In this document: piece after piece, positions 1 to 9,450 of the stretch
Numbering within the stretch: position 1 is the first letter of the stretch
Layout: each line of letters begins with the position of its first letter
Origin: a virus
Lineage: Duplodnaviria; Caudoviricetes
Strand: one strand, 5' to 3'
Length of the DNA stretch: 25,147 bases
Virus record (IMG/VR): IMGVR_UViG_3300038674_000629
Span: 1-25,147 of that record
Notes under the pieces: generated by a model
The model's database searches: none
What the model saw: only the letters and a program-made list of their open reading frames with translations
What the model was told of the DNA's origin: nothing
Made by a program: the position numbers and the translations under genes

Positions 1-1045
1 TAAGAGCGGAAATAAGTTTTTCTTTTTCTTCGGCGGTAAGTTCTTTTGCTTTTTCATCCTTATCGTCGTCTTTTTCTTCGTCGTCTTTTTCTTTATCGCC
101 CCCGTCGTTTTCTTCTTCATCATCTTCTTTATCAGAGCCAATATCGATAGCCTCACCGAGAGTATTAAGTTTTAATTCTTCAATATCAGCATTTTCGGAA
201 ATAAACATTTTAAAACCTTCTACAATTTGTTTATAATCGCTCTGCAATTTAGGAGAAGTCACAATTACTCTTGCCAAATTCTCTTTTATTTCGTTATTAG
301 ACAAAAAGAAAAGAGATGGATATTCTTCGTAAAGCGAATAAATAAGATTCCCACCTTCTTCTACATCTTCTTTAAAAACTGAACAAGCCCTTACTAAATC
401 TTTCTTAAATTTCTTGTTTTTGAAAAGCATTTTTGCTTTTTCTTTTCCTTTTGAATTCAAATATTTCTCTGGCTCAGTGCTCTCATAAAGAGAAAAAGCA
501 ACTGGGTCTTTCCAATTAAATACAAGAACGTCAGAAAGAGGATTAGTCAAAAGTCTGTTTTTATAATCCTTAAAAAATTCTGATTCTTGTAATTCTACAA
601 ATTCTTCATTTAAATAAGATAGTTCTTCAAAATCAGCAGTTATACTAAAATCTTTATCTGCGACAGCTTCTGATATCATTTTTTCAACAGAAGCAATTGG
701 TTTCTCCATTAATTCTGAATAACTATTAGCAAGAGTAGAAATACTTGCTTCCTCGTTTAAGAAATAATCTTTTGCAGCAAGTTTAAAATTAACTTTTTCA
801 TCTTCTCTTAATGAAATTTCCTCAAAATTCTCAATAACTACTTGCAATTTTTCCTTATTGAAAGAATAGTTTGCTGAGTAGAACTTTTCCTCGTTCACAT
901 CAAATAGAATCGCTCCGTCATCATAAGTAGATACTAATGCCGCATTAGCACTTTCGTTAATGTAAGCTCTTAGAACCTTCTCTATGTTTGCGTTTGAAAA
1001 ACTGTTGATGCTTTCAAATTCTCTAAAAGTAATATTTTTAGACAT
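1..1045 (-). CDS. Acidic head-associated protein (candidate prohead core/scaffold), truncated by the window edge
   Basis: Absent from the ORF track because it has no stop in the window. ATG at 1045 directly follows the TAA of the upstream gene, with GGAGGG SD just upstream. It reads MSKNITFREFESINSFSNANIEKVLRAYINESANAA... and stays open to position 1. It has a D/E-rich tract (SDKEDDEEENDGGDKEKDDEEKDDDKDE) and many I/L-x-E sites. Function is inferred from its position downstream of the portal. Confidence 0.6.
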   Translation of the reverse strand, partial: MSKNITFREFESINSFSNANIEKVLRAYINESANAALVSTYDDGAILFDVNEEKFYSANYSFNKEKLQVVIENFEEISLREDEKVNFKLAAKDYFLNEEASISTLANSYSELMEKPIASVEKMISEAVADKDFSITADFEELSYLNEEFVELQESEFFKDYKNRLLTNPLSDVLVFNWKDPVAFSLYESTEPEKYLNSKGKEKAKMLFKNKKFKKDLVRACSVFKEDVEEGGNLIYSLYEEYPSLFFLSNNEIKENLARVIVTSPKLQSDYKQIVEGFKMFISENADIEELKLNTLGEAIDIGSDKEDDEEENDGGDKEKDDEEKDDDKDEKAKELTAEEKEKLISAL

Positions 1046-1525
1046 TTATTTTTTTCCCTCCAAATGGTTTTTAAAACCACGATATACACGTTTAACATTT
1101 CCTTTTACGATATCTTCTTTTGAAATAACTACTTTTTTCATAGAAGGAGATTTATAATATTTCTTAAAAGTGTCCTCAGATATAGAAATATTTTTACAAA
1201 TAATCTTATCTCCTTTGACCTCTTCCACTAATAAATAATCTCCTTTTATTCCATCTTTAAAGATTTCATAAAGAGAACTTCCATTTTTCCTAAACTCTTT
1301 CTTTGCTCTACTGGATGAAGCAAGTGGCAACGTTAATTTAACATCATTTATAATAACATTTTTTTCAAAAGAAGAAACACTATCATCTGGATAGATACTA
1401 TTTAGTGTTTCATAGACTTGCCCTTTTTCTATCTCACTGATTTTTTCTTTTGCTTCTTCCAATAAATCTTGAAGAGTTATTTTCTTAATCATTATTAACT
1501 TTCCTGTTGTGTTTTTTTCACTCAT
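1046..1525 (-). CDS. Hypothetical protein in the head operon (true start probably ATG at 1492, MIKKITLQDLLEE)
   Basis: The ORF is coupled to the portal stop and to the next ATG. AGGA precedes the ATG at 1492, while 1525 has no clear SD. No motif recognised. Confidence 0.7.
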   Translation of the reverse strand: MSEKNTTGKLIMIKKITLQDLLEEAKEKISEIEKGQVYETLNSIYPDDSVSSFEKNVIINDVKLTLPLASSSRAKKEFRKNGSSLYEIFKDGIKGDYLLVEEVKGDKIICKNISISEDTFKKYYKSPSMKKVVISKEDIVKGNVKRVYRGFKNHLEGKK

Positions 1526-3539
1526 TAAGGAGTTCTTTTACTTCTTTTCTTTTAATACGGTTATCTTCAAATATTTTATAAGTTCTTCTGCTTGAATTTC
1601 TTACCTCATTCAAATCTAAACCTTTAAATTCATTAGTGGTTTCTAAGTATAAATAAGGATTAACTAGTTTTGGTTTATCTTTTCTTATATCTGCACCGTT
1701 TATAAAACTACCTATTTCTGTTATAAATTCACTAGATTTTTGCTTTTTCTTTTTTAATTTCTCTTGTTCTTTCAAGTATCTCAATAAAATAATTGCATCA
1801 TTTTTGTTTTCAACCAAATAATTTTGCCCAAGAACTTTCATAAATGCCATAACATGGTCTTGCTGCAATTCCTCTCCTTCCGGAGGAGTTAAACCACCTG
1901 ATAAAGAAGATTCTATATCTTCTGGGTTTGCTTCTGGGACTTCTGTTCCAGCATCTGGGTTTTCTGTACCTAATTCTGGTATTCCGCCTTCTGCTCCTAA
2001 ATCTGCTGGCATGCCACCAATTGGAGGAGCCGCCATTCCAGGAGCCATTCCGGGCATAACCTGCCCTCCTTGCTGCATAGTCTGAACTTGTTTTTCTTCT
2101 ATTGCTTTTAAGAACTGAATATCATTTATTTCCTTATCAGAAAGTTTTAGAACTTCTTTAAGCATCCAGTTAGTCGGGAAAATTCCTAATCCTTGCATAG
2201 ATTGAATAAGATTTATCTTTTGAGTGATAACATCGATATCAGAAATTTCCTTTATGGTAGAAGGAGGGGTTAAAGATAACGTAAAATTTTGAATATCTTC
2301 TTTCTCATAACCTAAGAAAAATAATTGTAATGTTGCTAGTTTATAACAACCTTTTAATATATGGTTTTGAACTCTTTCGATAAATCTACCGAACTTAACA
2401 TCTCTTTGAGCAAGCGATGTTGATTTATCTGCTTGCCCTCCTTCGCCTAAGTATTCTGGTGGTATATTAAGAGTTCTTAGCAAGTTATTCTTAAAATAGT
2501 CTATGAATGTCATGTTCTGACCCATATTCATACCATCTCCGCCTAACAAGTCTATTTGAGTTCCAGTAGAACCTTCCCTAACAGGGATAAATATATCACT
2601 TGTTATAGAGAACATAGAAGCAACCCTATTTAAATTCCCGTCTTCATCAATAACTTGTTGGCTTCTATATTTGTCTCTTAATTCCATTAATTGTCTTTGT
2701 GCTTCCAAAGGTGGCAAATTTCCAACGTCTATTTTAAATACACGTCTAGAAGGAGTTCTTGAAATAACGTAAGTCAAAAAGATATCTTCTGTTGACATTA
2801 ATCTTGTGAATGTTCTCACGCCAGAATACAAAAGAGACCTACCATACGGTTTATTCTCTTTATCTTCTATTTTAAAATGAATTATTTGCCAAGGAAATAA
2901 TTTCTGTTCACTTACTTTTGCATTTTTTGAATTAGTATATTTATAAATATAATAATCTACTTTTCCATCAGTTTCTCTTATTTCTATTTTCGCTGGGTCC
3001 AAATATTTTAATCTTTTTATTCCATAGGCTTTATTGTTTCCAATTTCCAAAACTACTTCATAAAAATTATCGCCCATTTTACAAGTTTCAAAAACAATAG
3101 ACCAAAGTTCTGTTTCAAACCCTAACTTAGAATAGAATAATTCTTCTAAATCTTCTTTAATTTTTTCATTATCACTAAATATTTGGATTACTTCGTCGTC
3201 GTCATTTTTTTGAGTCGCTTCATCAGAAATAACTTCAAGACCCCTATGCATAAATTCAGTGGCGTCCATTCTAATATACACTTCATAAAGTGCTTCCCTG
3301 GATAACGCAGTCCTCTTTTTTGTAGTAGAACCCATGTCTTCAAAAAGCCCAGGCGCGAATGTATGCCAATTATTAGAATTGGGAGATACTACATCTATAT
3401 CACCATTTTTTACAGTTATATTTTTAGGAGTTTTTAATTCGTCTTCTATTTCTGTAATTTTATTTATTTGCTTTTGAACATTATAAGCTTGCTGAACACT
3501 TATTGGCTTTTCAAAAACTTCTATTCCATTAACTAACAT
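1518..3539 (-). CDS. Portal protein, T4 gp20-like
   Basis: gp20-family segments: PYGRSLL..RTFTRLMSTEDIFLTYVISRTPSRRVFKIDVGNLP, DIFIPVREGSTGTQIDLLGG, IDYFKNNLLRTLNIP, LAQRDVKFGRFIERVQ. Lies just downstream of the terminase. Confidence 0.92.
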   Translation of the reverse strand: MLVNGIEVFEKPISVQQAYNVQKQINKITEIEDELKTPKNITVKNGDIDVVSPNSNNWHTFAPGLFEDMGSTTKKRTALSREALYEVYIRMDATEFMHRGLEVISDEATQKNDDDEVIQIFSDNEKIKEDLEELFYSKLGFETELWSIVFETCKMGDNFYEVVLEIGNNKAYGIKRLKYLDPAKIEIRETDGKVDYYIYKYTNSKNAKVSEQKLFPWQIIHFKIEDKENKPYGRSLLYSGVRTFTRLMSTEDIFLTYVISRTPSRRVFKIDVGNLPPLEAQRQLMELRDKYRSQQVIDEDGNLNRVASMFSITSDIFIPVREGSTGTQIDLLGGDGMNMGQNMTFIDYFKNNLLRTLNIPPEYLGEGGQADKSTSLAQRDVKFGRFIERVQNHILKGCYKLATLQLFFLGYEKEDIQNFTLSLTPPSTIKEISDIDVITQKINLIQSMQGLGIFPTNWMLKEVLKLSDKEINDIQFLKAIEEKQVQTMQQGGQVMPGMAPGMAAPPIGGMPADLGAEGGIPELGTENPDAGTEVPEANPEDIESSLSGGLTPPEGEELQQDHVMAFMKVLGQNYLVENKNDAIILLRYLKEQEKLKKKKQKSSEFITEIGSFINGADIRKDKPKLVNPYLYLETTNEFKGLDLNEVRNSSRRTYKIFEDNRIKRKEVKELLNE

Positions 3540-3540
3540 C

Positions 3541-3732
3541 CTATTCTCCTATCTCTAATCCCGAAGAGTTTATGCCCAAATTTAGATGTCTACCAACTCT
3601 ATTTTTATAACTTTTAGAAACCTTTCCATCTTTATTTTTTTTTCTAAAAACTTTCAAATTTTTATTTTTAGTTATAGTTTCAGAACCCAGCATCATCCTC
3701 TTTATTATTTCATCTTTATCATTTATTTTCAT
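3541..3732 (-). CDS. Small basic hypothetical protein between terminase and portal
   Basis: 63-aa K/R-rich ORF that exactly fills the gap, 2 nt after the terminase stop and 1 nt before the portal start. Confidence 0.65.
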   Translation of the reverse strand: MKINDKDEIIKRMMLGSETITKNKNLKVFRKKNKDGKVSKSYKNRVGRHLNLGINSSGLEIGE

Positions 3733-3734
3733 TT

Positions 3735-6700
3735 TTATCTACCTAATAACCAAGTTAATTCATCCAAAGAGTTTATGTTATATTCTTTTTTTAATTCTCT
3801 CTCTATACTAGAAGTTCCGAAATCTTCTGTTGTAGAAACTATTCCAGCAGGATTACTACCCTTAATAGATAATTTCTTTTTTCCAGTTCCATCTATGGAA
3901 GAAAAACTTTCATTTTCCGCCTTTGCACTTCTAATCATTTCATCTCTATCATATGTTATAACAGAACCATCTTCACTTAAAAACATGGCACTACTTTGTA
4001 TTTGAGCCTTGTCTCTTAAATACAAGCACAAACTCATAGCCATAATAGCATCGTCATGACAATTATGAACTATGTATCCATTTGCTACAAAGCTATGAAC
4101 ACCTTCAACATTTAAATCGTAAAGAGTTTCTTCTTTTGAATACTCTTTAATTTCCTTGATTTTCGAAGATAATTTATCACCAAAAAATTTTCTAGGATTC
4201 TTATATTTTTGAATCTTTTTAGATAATTCAGGAGATATCCTAAATACTTCTTCAAAAGGAATAGTTATTCTATTATTATCCATAGAAAAAGCAACTTTAT
4301 TTCTATAAAGAATATGAGCCATAAAATATAAACTATGATAATTTCTAGTCTTTAAAGAATAATAATGCCTACATTTTCTAAATTTACCTTTCCTAATCAT
4401 GTGTCTTACAAGTTCTAATTGAAGAATAGGGTAAGCGTATAATTGTTTCTCTGTTGGAATAAAACTACCATTTCTTATTTTCTTTTCTATTTCTATAATA
4501 GGTAAAGAATCTTTATTTGTTATTTCATTTGAAAATATACTATATACAAAATTACTCTTATTAAGTTCATATACCCTATTAAATTGGTATGCATTGTCTT
4601 TAAACGTCAATACTTTTTGTGAATCTGTTATTTTTAAATTAGGAAGCCCGCTAGCCTTAATATTTTTTATAACTTTTCTGTCGCTGTTTAAAACGAAAGT
4701 TTCCTCTACCGGTTTAAATTCTCCATTTTCTGTAAGAACTAAATCCCCTATATGTATATCTTTAATTTTTTTGAAACCTTCTTTACAAGTTATGATAGTA
4801 TCACCAGTTAAACAGTTGTCTGCGTGTATCGCTTTATCGCCAGTAGCCCATATCCAAGTTTCCATTTCTGCATATAATCTTTCTGAATTAATCTTAAATT
4901 TTTCTGCAAGTTCCGGAACAGAAATCCAGTCAATAAATTCAGAAGTCATTAATTTTCTTGTTTTAACATCGGTTAGCCAACCGGTATATCTCGTCACACC
5001 ATTTTTAGTTTTCTTCTGCTTAAAAACATTACCATATGGGTCGTTTTCAGAATAATAAACATTAGAGAATATAGTATCACCAATAGAGTTGCTTTCAATT
5101 ACTACAAAGCCATCATTATAAGCCCTTGCGACATCTTTTACTAATTTAGCAAACATTGGAGTAGAAATATAACCTTTAAATTCTGCTACTTGTTCGTATG
5201 TTTCTAAATCTAGAATTTGAATGGCAGAAGTATCAGAGCTTGTTCCCGATGCTACATCGCAATTATGAGTTGTTAAATAATTACACAAATAACTATGATT
5301 TTCAGTTTCAAAATTATATACTGTTCCAGAAAAATCACTTTTCTCTATTGAAGAAACTCTTAAATAGATATGTTTTAAATCATCACTTATAAAATTATGA
5401 CCTATTGATTTTCTTACTTTACTTTCTTTTGAGACATCATAATCAATACCAAGCATTTTCATAAAATTTATACTTTCATGGTGATGCATAGTTAACTGAT
5501 ACGCCTTTTGTGTTTTATTTTTCTCTTTTTTACCTTTAAGTAAAGTTTCTCCTTCTTCTCTTAACACATTTAACGAAGAAACAAAACCGATAGAGAATAA
5601 AATATCCTGAACATCTTCTAATAGTTTTTGACTTTTGCTAACAAAAGAAGTCGTATAATTCTCTCTCCTTTTGTCTGTAAAAATAGAACCATCTCCATTT
5701 AAATATCCAGTTATTAACTCTTTTTTAAATTCTTCTGGAGCATATTTTATCCATTCTGGAATATTTTTATTCCTAGCATATTTACCAAAATTCTTTTTTA
5801 TAAACGCAAATAGTTGCGAACTATTAAAGACAGTTTCTACAATATTAGAATCTGGCTTTTCTATAAAAGATACACTTCTTCCATATTTTTTAAATAATTC
5901 TCTTATTTTTTCTGCATAGTTATATTCTTTTGAAAAATTATGACAAGTATGAATTGATTTACTATCTCCTCTTTCTTGTATCCAACCTTCTGCCAACCAA
6001 ATTCCTAAAAACCACCAAAAGTCTTTATCTAATACAATATTTTCGTCAAGATTAAAATCGTATCTTCCGGAAGAAAATTTTCTCCACTCATTTAAGATAC
6101 TATCTTTATCCAAATCTTTTCCCCTATAAATATTAGGATATATCAACCAATCTCCACTGTTCAATTCTGAAACTTTATTATACTTAAAATCAAACTTCCA
6201 TTTTCTTGGTCTATATTTTTTACTGTCTCCCTTTCTTGAAATTTTTGTATCAATAGAGGACATAATAGGATGTTCTCCGGTAAAAGACGTTTCTCTTAAA
6301 ATTCCTTCTATTTTTATTTTATAAAGAGGTTCATTTACATTTTCATAAATTTGTTTATTTACTATTCTGGTTTCATTCCCGTCTTTATCAAATAAAATGT
6401 CATTTTGTTCTACTGTTTCTATATCCTTTAACCCTTCAGCGGTTAATACTTTTTCACCAGCTGGCAAACATCCTAAAATATATCTATGTCCAATTTCCGG
6501 AAGCCTCCAAATCCAAAGGCCCCTTTGTTCTCTTACTTTCTTTCCGTCTATCCATAATTCATCTTTATAAGTGGGGTCTTTTAAATTGATTCTAATTTTC
6601 TTCATTAAATCTTCGCTAAATACTCTGTCTCCATCGATTACGAATTCGTGGAGAATTTCTTGTTTAAATTTAATGTCCTTTAAGTCGGCAAAAGTCGCTT

Positions 6701-9395
6701 TCAACCAAGGGTTAGCGTCATGATTTAACGCTATTGGTTCAAAAAACTTTTTATATTCTGCTTTGATTTTTCTATTATGATAGTAATTTCTTTTGATTGC
6801 TTCTTGAAGAATATGATTATATCCTTTTTTAGGACCACCAATTCTTGGGTCGTCTGGCACTTCCCACCAGTCAATTTCCAAATATTTTGTATCTTGGTTT
6901 AATTCTTGCTTGGCATCTTGAACTTGTCCATAATAATAAGAACCAGCACCTACTGTTCCATTAGGTGTGTTTGAACCTATTACTCCATTTATATAAAAAC
7001 TTCTTGTTTCTGGAATAACAAAATCATACGTATGCGCTTCGCTAACTTCAATGTTTTTTACTTTAAGCAAAAACCAATCTTTGTCATAGAAATCTTTTAA
7101 TTTTTTAAACTCTTCTGTTTCTTCAAGATTTTCCTTTTTAGCAATATCAAGACATTCTTTTATATGATTTCTTGATAAATGCTTTTTCTCCGTAATTCTT
7201 ACTATTCTTGAAACAGTATTATTCCAAACATTATTCTTTTTAAATAGCATATTTGCTACCCAGATATTCATCATTGGGTAAAGTTGATTGTTTGGATGTT
7301 TTAAGTTTTTAACTAAATGATATTTTTCCTGTTTTCTGTTAATTGAAAATCCTATTTTTTCGTAAAACACTTTGGAAAAATACCTTGATAATGTAATTTG
7401 TCCAACAAAACTTTCTACATTTACTCGTGTAGATTTTTCAGGAGAAATAATATTCCATCTTTCATCAGAAATTTGTATTCCAAACATATCCAATAAAGCA
7501 CGCACTTGTTTTATGAGTTCTTTTGAAGTAGAAGTAAAACCAATAGAGCCGTCTCTTGTTCTTGAATACCCGTCCGAGTCGAACAAACCTCTTAATAAAG
7601 CAGAGATATTATTTCTACTCATTCTTAAAAGTTTTTTTGGAATAGTTTTCTCTTTTGCTTTTTTGCCAAACTCAAACCCAATTTTTTCAAGCAAATCTAT
7701 TAAGTATTTTCCCTGCAATCTAAAATGAATATTATCGTCTTTTCTATTTTCCATCTTGCAGTCAAAATGAGAATTATTTAAAAGAAAATTTTGAACTTCT
7801 TCGTCTACTGAAGTAATGACGCAATATTGCCCTTTTTTATCAATATAACCGTCTCCAATTAACAAACCAAAAAAATAAGCCATTTCTTCATCAATGTTTC
7901 CGTTCCAGTTTTTAATTTGGTATTTACAATTTTTAATAGGACTAATATCTACATCGTCATCTTTCCCAAACGTTTTTTCTCTGAGAGAAGCAAGTGCATA
8001 ATCACCAACCTCAATATCTTTTGTCTGTTTCCAATAAGGAAAGAAAGATGTTTTATCAACAACATAGAACGGATGAATTTCGGATATTTCGTTTTTAACA
8101 CCAGAACCAAATGTTATTTTTCTGGTTGGAGTTATCCCACTATCATAAAATGTATTTGTAGCCTGTTGATGATTAATTCCATCAATCTTGAAACTGCTTA
8201 TAAAATTAAACCCTAAAGAACATTTTTTTGGCTTATAATCAACAATTTGTTGCAAACCATTTTCTGTGTTTATATATGTATCTCCTACAACGCAAGAAAT
8301 ATAAATAGCCTTACCACCAGTTTTAGTAAGTGTAGGAGTTGCGGCCGAAACAATTTCTCTAACCATTCTATCACTTTGATAAAAAGCCAATTCGTCCATA
8401 ATTAACAACGAAAGAGAATCAGAACGGCCAGCATTATCTGACTGAGGTTCTGAGACAATATTAGATACCGAACCATTAGAGTGAGCAAATGAAATTTGTT
8501 GTTGGTTATTTACTTTTATTGGAGTCTTCATCCATTCTGGCAGATTATTTAAAGTGGATTTCATTTTGTTAATAAACTGTTGTGCTTTTTGTTGCCTCAA
8601 AGAAATAACATCTATATTTTCTGATGGAAAAAAATTAGCACGCCAAAGCGAGTATAGTGAAAATATCGTGGAAATTCCACAATTATGAACCATTAGCCCG
8701 TTAGCTAAAAAATCTCCTGTTGCTGTTGTAATATCATAAACTATATCGGTTTCTCTATTTCTTTCAATAACGCTAACTTTCTTATAACCATTTTCCGATA
8801 AAACTTCATCATTAAGTGTTAAATCCTGTGCTTCTTTCCATCCTTCTTTTGTAAGAATTTTATGGTCCGGAGTGCATTCAATAGATTGTCCAGAGTTTAC
8901 TAATATTCCCATAAACTCTTTTACGCCTTGATTATAAAAATTTTCTACCGGAACATATGTTGGCATACCATCTATAAGCGTTTCAATCATATCACCAGCA
9001 TTCACATCTCTTATAGAAATAAGACCCTTTCCTTTTATTCTAACATAAGAAGTGCTTCTTAAACATTGCCTGGTTTTATCTACTACAATCTTTCTGTATT
9101 TTTCTAATTCCTTAGCCATTTCAATTTGGAAATAATAAGGTTCCATTGGGAAAGTGCCTGAACCAGGAATATCTACAAGACAATAATTATCTAAAAAGTA
9201 AGCGAAAGAACTTCTAATTAAAAACAATTCAACACCAGAATCTACTAATTCTGTTGTTTTGTCATTATAGATAGTTTGAGTAAAAATATTCGAAGCATAG
9301 CCAAACGCTTCTTTCAATGATACAGGAATGTTATATTTTACAATTTTATTTTTTACAGATAAAATTAATTCTTTTTCTTTTTTATTTAATGCCAC
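3735..9395 (-). CDS. terL: Terminase large subunit, T4 gp17-like, containing four inteins (662-aa extein after splicing)
   Basis: GTG start with GGAG SD. The spliced extein restores the adenine-binding YYFQ, Walker A KTRQ|CGIST, Walker B LLIMDE, coupling motif IS|TPNG and the nuclease motifs ILG|CDVA, VIESN and HADN|CHDD. Confidence 0.95.
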   Translation of the reverse strand: MALNKKEKELILSVKNKIVKYNIPVSLKEAFGYASNIFTQTIYNDKTTELVDSGVELFLIRSSFAYFLDNYCLVDIPGSGTFPMEPYYFQIEMAKELEKYRKIVVDKTRQCLRSTSYVRIKGKGLISIRDVNAGDMIETLIDGMPTYVPVENFYNQGVKEFMGILVNSGQSIECTPDHKILTKEGWKEAQDLTLNDEVLSENGYKKVSVIERNRETDIVYDITTATGDFLANGLMVHNCGISTIFSLYSLWRANFFPSENIDVISLRQQKAQQFINKMKSTLNNLPEWMKTPIKVNNQQQISFAHSNGSVSNIVSEPQSDNAGRSDSLSLLIMDELAFYQSDRMVREIVSAATPTLTKTGGKAIYISCVVGDTYINTENGLQQIVDYKPKKCSLGFNFISSFKIDGINHQQATNTFYDSGITPTRKITFGSGVKNEISEIHPFYVVDKTSFFPYWKQTKDIEVGDYALASLREKTFGKDDDVDISPIKNCKYQIKNWNGNIDEEMAYFFGLLIGDGYIDKKGQYCVITSVDEEVQNFLLNNSHFDCKMENRKDDNIHFRLQGKYLIDLLEKIGFEFGKKAKEKTIPKKLLRMSRNNISALLRGLFDSDGYSRTRDGSIGFTSTSKELIKQVRALLDMFGIQISDERWNIISPEKSTRVNVESFVGQITLSRYFSKVFYEKIGFSINRKQEKYHLVKNLKHPNNQLYPMMNIWVANMLFKKNNVWNNTVSRIVRITEKKHLSRNHIKECLDIAKKENLEETEEFKKLKDFYDKDWFLLKVKNIEVSEAHTYDFVIPETRSFYINGVIGSNTPNGTVGAGSYYYGQVQDAKQELNQDTKYLEIDWWEVPDDPRIGGPKKGYNHILQEAIKRNYYHNRKIKAEYKKFFEPIALNHDANPWLKATFADLKDIKFKQEILHEFVIDGDRVFSEDLMKKIRINLKDPTYKDELWIDGKKVREQRGLWIWRLPEIGHRYILGCLPAGEKVLTAEGLKDIETVEQNDILFDKDGNETRIVNKQIYENVNEPLYKIKIEGILRETSFTGEHPIMSSIDTKISRKGDSKKYRPRKWKFDFKYNKVSELNSGDWLIYPNIYRGKDLDKDSILNEWRKFSSGRYDFNLDENIVLDKDFWWFLGIWLAEGWIQERGDSKSIHTCHNFSKEYNYAEKIRELFKKYGRSVSFIEKPDSNIVETVFNSSQLFAFIKKNFGKYARNKNIPEWIKYAPEEFKKELITGYLNGDGSIFTDKRRENYTTSFVSKSQKLLEDVQDILFSIGFVSSLNVLREEGETLLKGKKEKNKTQKAYQLTMHHHESINFMKMLGIDYDVSKESKVRKSIGHNFISDDLKHIYLRVSSIEKSDFSGTVYNFETENHSYLCNYLTTHNCDVASGTSSDTSAIQILDLETYEQVAEFKGYISTPMFAKLVKDVARAYNDGFVVIESNSIGDTIFSNVYYSENDPYGNVFKQKKTKNGVTRYTGWLTDVKTRKLMTSEFIDWISVPELAEKFKINSERLYAEMETWIWATGDKAIHADNCLTGDTIITCKEGFKKIKDIHIGDLVLTENGEFKPVEETFVLNSDRKVIKNIKASGLPNLKITDSQKVLTFKDNAYQFNRVYELNKSNFVYSIFSNEITNKDSLPIIEIEKKIRNGSFIPTEKQLYAYPILQLELVRHMIRKGKFRKCRHYYSLKTRNYHSLYFMAHILYRNKVAFSMDNNRITIPFEEVFRISPELSKKIQKYKNPRKFFGDKLSSKIKEIKEYSKEETLYDLNVEGVHSFVANGYIVHNCHDDAIMAMSLCLYLRDKAQIQSSAMFLSEDGSVITYDRDEMIRSAKAENESFSSIDGTGKKKLSIKGSNPAGIVSTTEDFGTSSIERELKKEYNINSLDELTWLLGR
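4062..4814 (-). mobile_element. Intein 4: 251 aa with a degenerate endonuclease remnant, before the nuclease HDD motif
   Basis: Starts CLTGDTII, block F LYDLNVEG, ends YIVHN followed by +1 Cys. No intact LAGLIDADG motif. Block B reads TDSQ. Confidence 0.9.
5262..6470 (-). mobile_element. Intein 3: 403 aa with LAGLIDADG homing endonuclease, next to the first nuclease Asp
   Basis: Starts CLPAGEKV, block B FTGEHPI, motifs LGIWLAEGW and ITGYLNGDGS, ends LTTHN followed by +1 Cys. Confidence 0.93.
6969..8294 (-). mobile_element. Intein 2: 442 aa with LAGLIDADG homing endonuclease, in the ATPase coupling motif
   Basis: Starts CVVGDTYI, block B SEIHPF, LAGLIDADG motifs FGLLIGDGY and LRGLFDSDGY, ends VIGSN followed by +1 Thr. 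Confidence 0.93.
8682..9065 (-). mobile_element. Intein 1: 128-aa mini-intein in terminase Walker A
   Basis: Starts CLRSTSYV, block B CTPDHKIL, block F VYDITT, ends LMVHN followed by +1 Cys. No endonuclease domain. Confidence 0.93.
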
Positions 9396-9418
9396 AAATA
9401 AACTCCATATTACTATTA

Positions 9419-9436
9419 TATCTTTTATTATATAAG
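9419..9436 (-). promoter_or_regulatory. Candidate terminase/portal operon promoter region (CTTATATA plus AAGATA motifs)
   Basis: The minus strand reads CTTATATAataaAAGATA between an upstream terminator and the terL SD. Both motifs recur upstream of other genes. Confidence 0.5.
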
Positions 9437-9450
9437 TTTTAATTATACAT

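Noticed and set aside
55-135. TCGTCGTCTTTTTC-like repeats near the left edge
   Set aside because: They are codon repetition in a D/E/K low-complexity protein tract, not an independent DNA element.
3586-8216. Plus-strand ORFs antisense to the terminase (3586, 4594, 5198, 5671, 7372, 7917)
   Set aside because: They are shadow frames of a well-supported minus-strand gene, rich in F/S/I/L as expected for the reverse of K/E-rich codons, with no recognisable motifs.
4059-8690. Shared ACAATTATGAAC at the ends of inteins 1 and 4 as a DNA repeat
   Set aside because: It is explained by the conserved Val-His-Asn-Cys splice junction with AT-biased codons.
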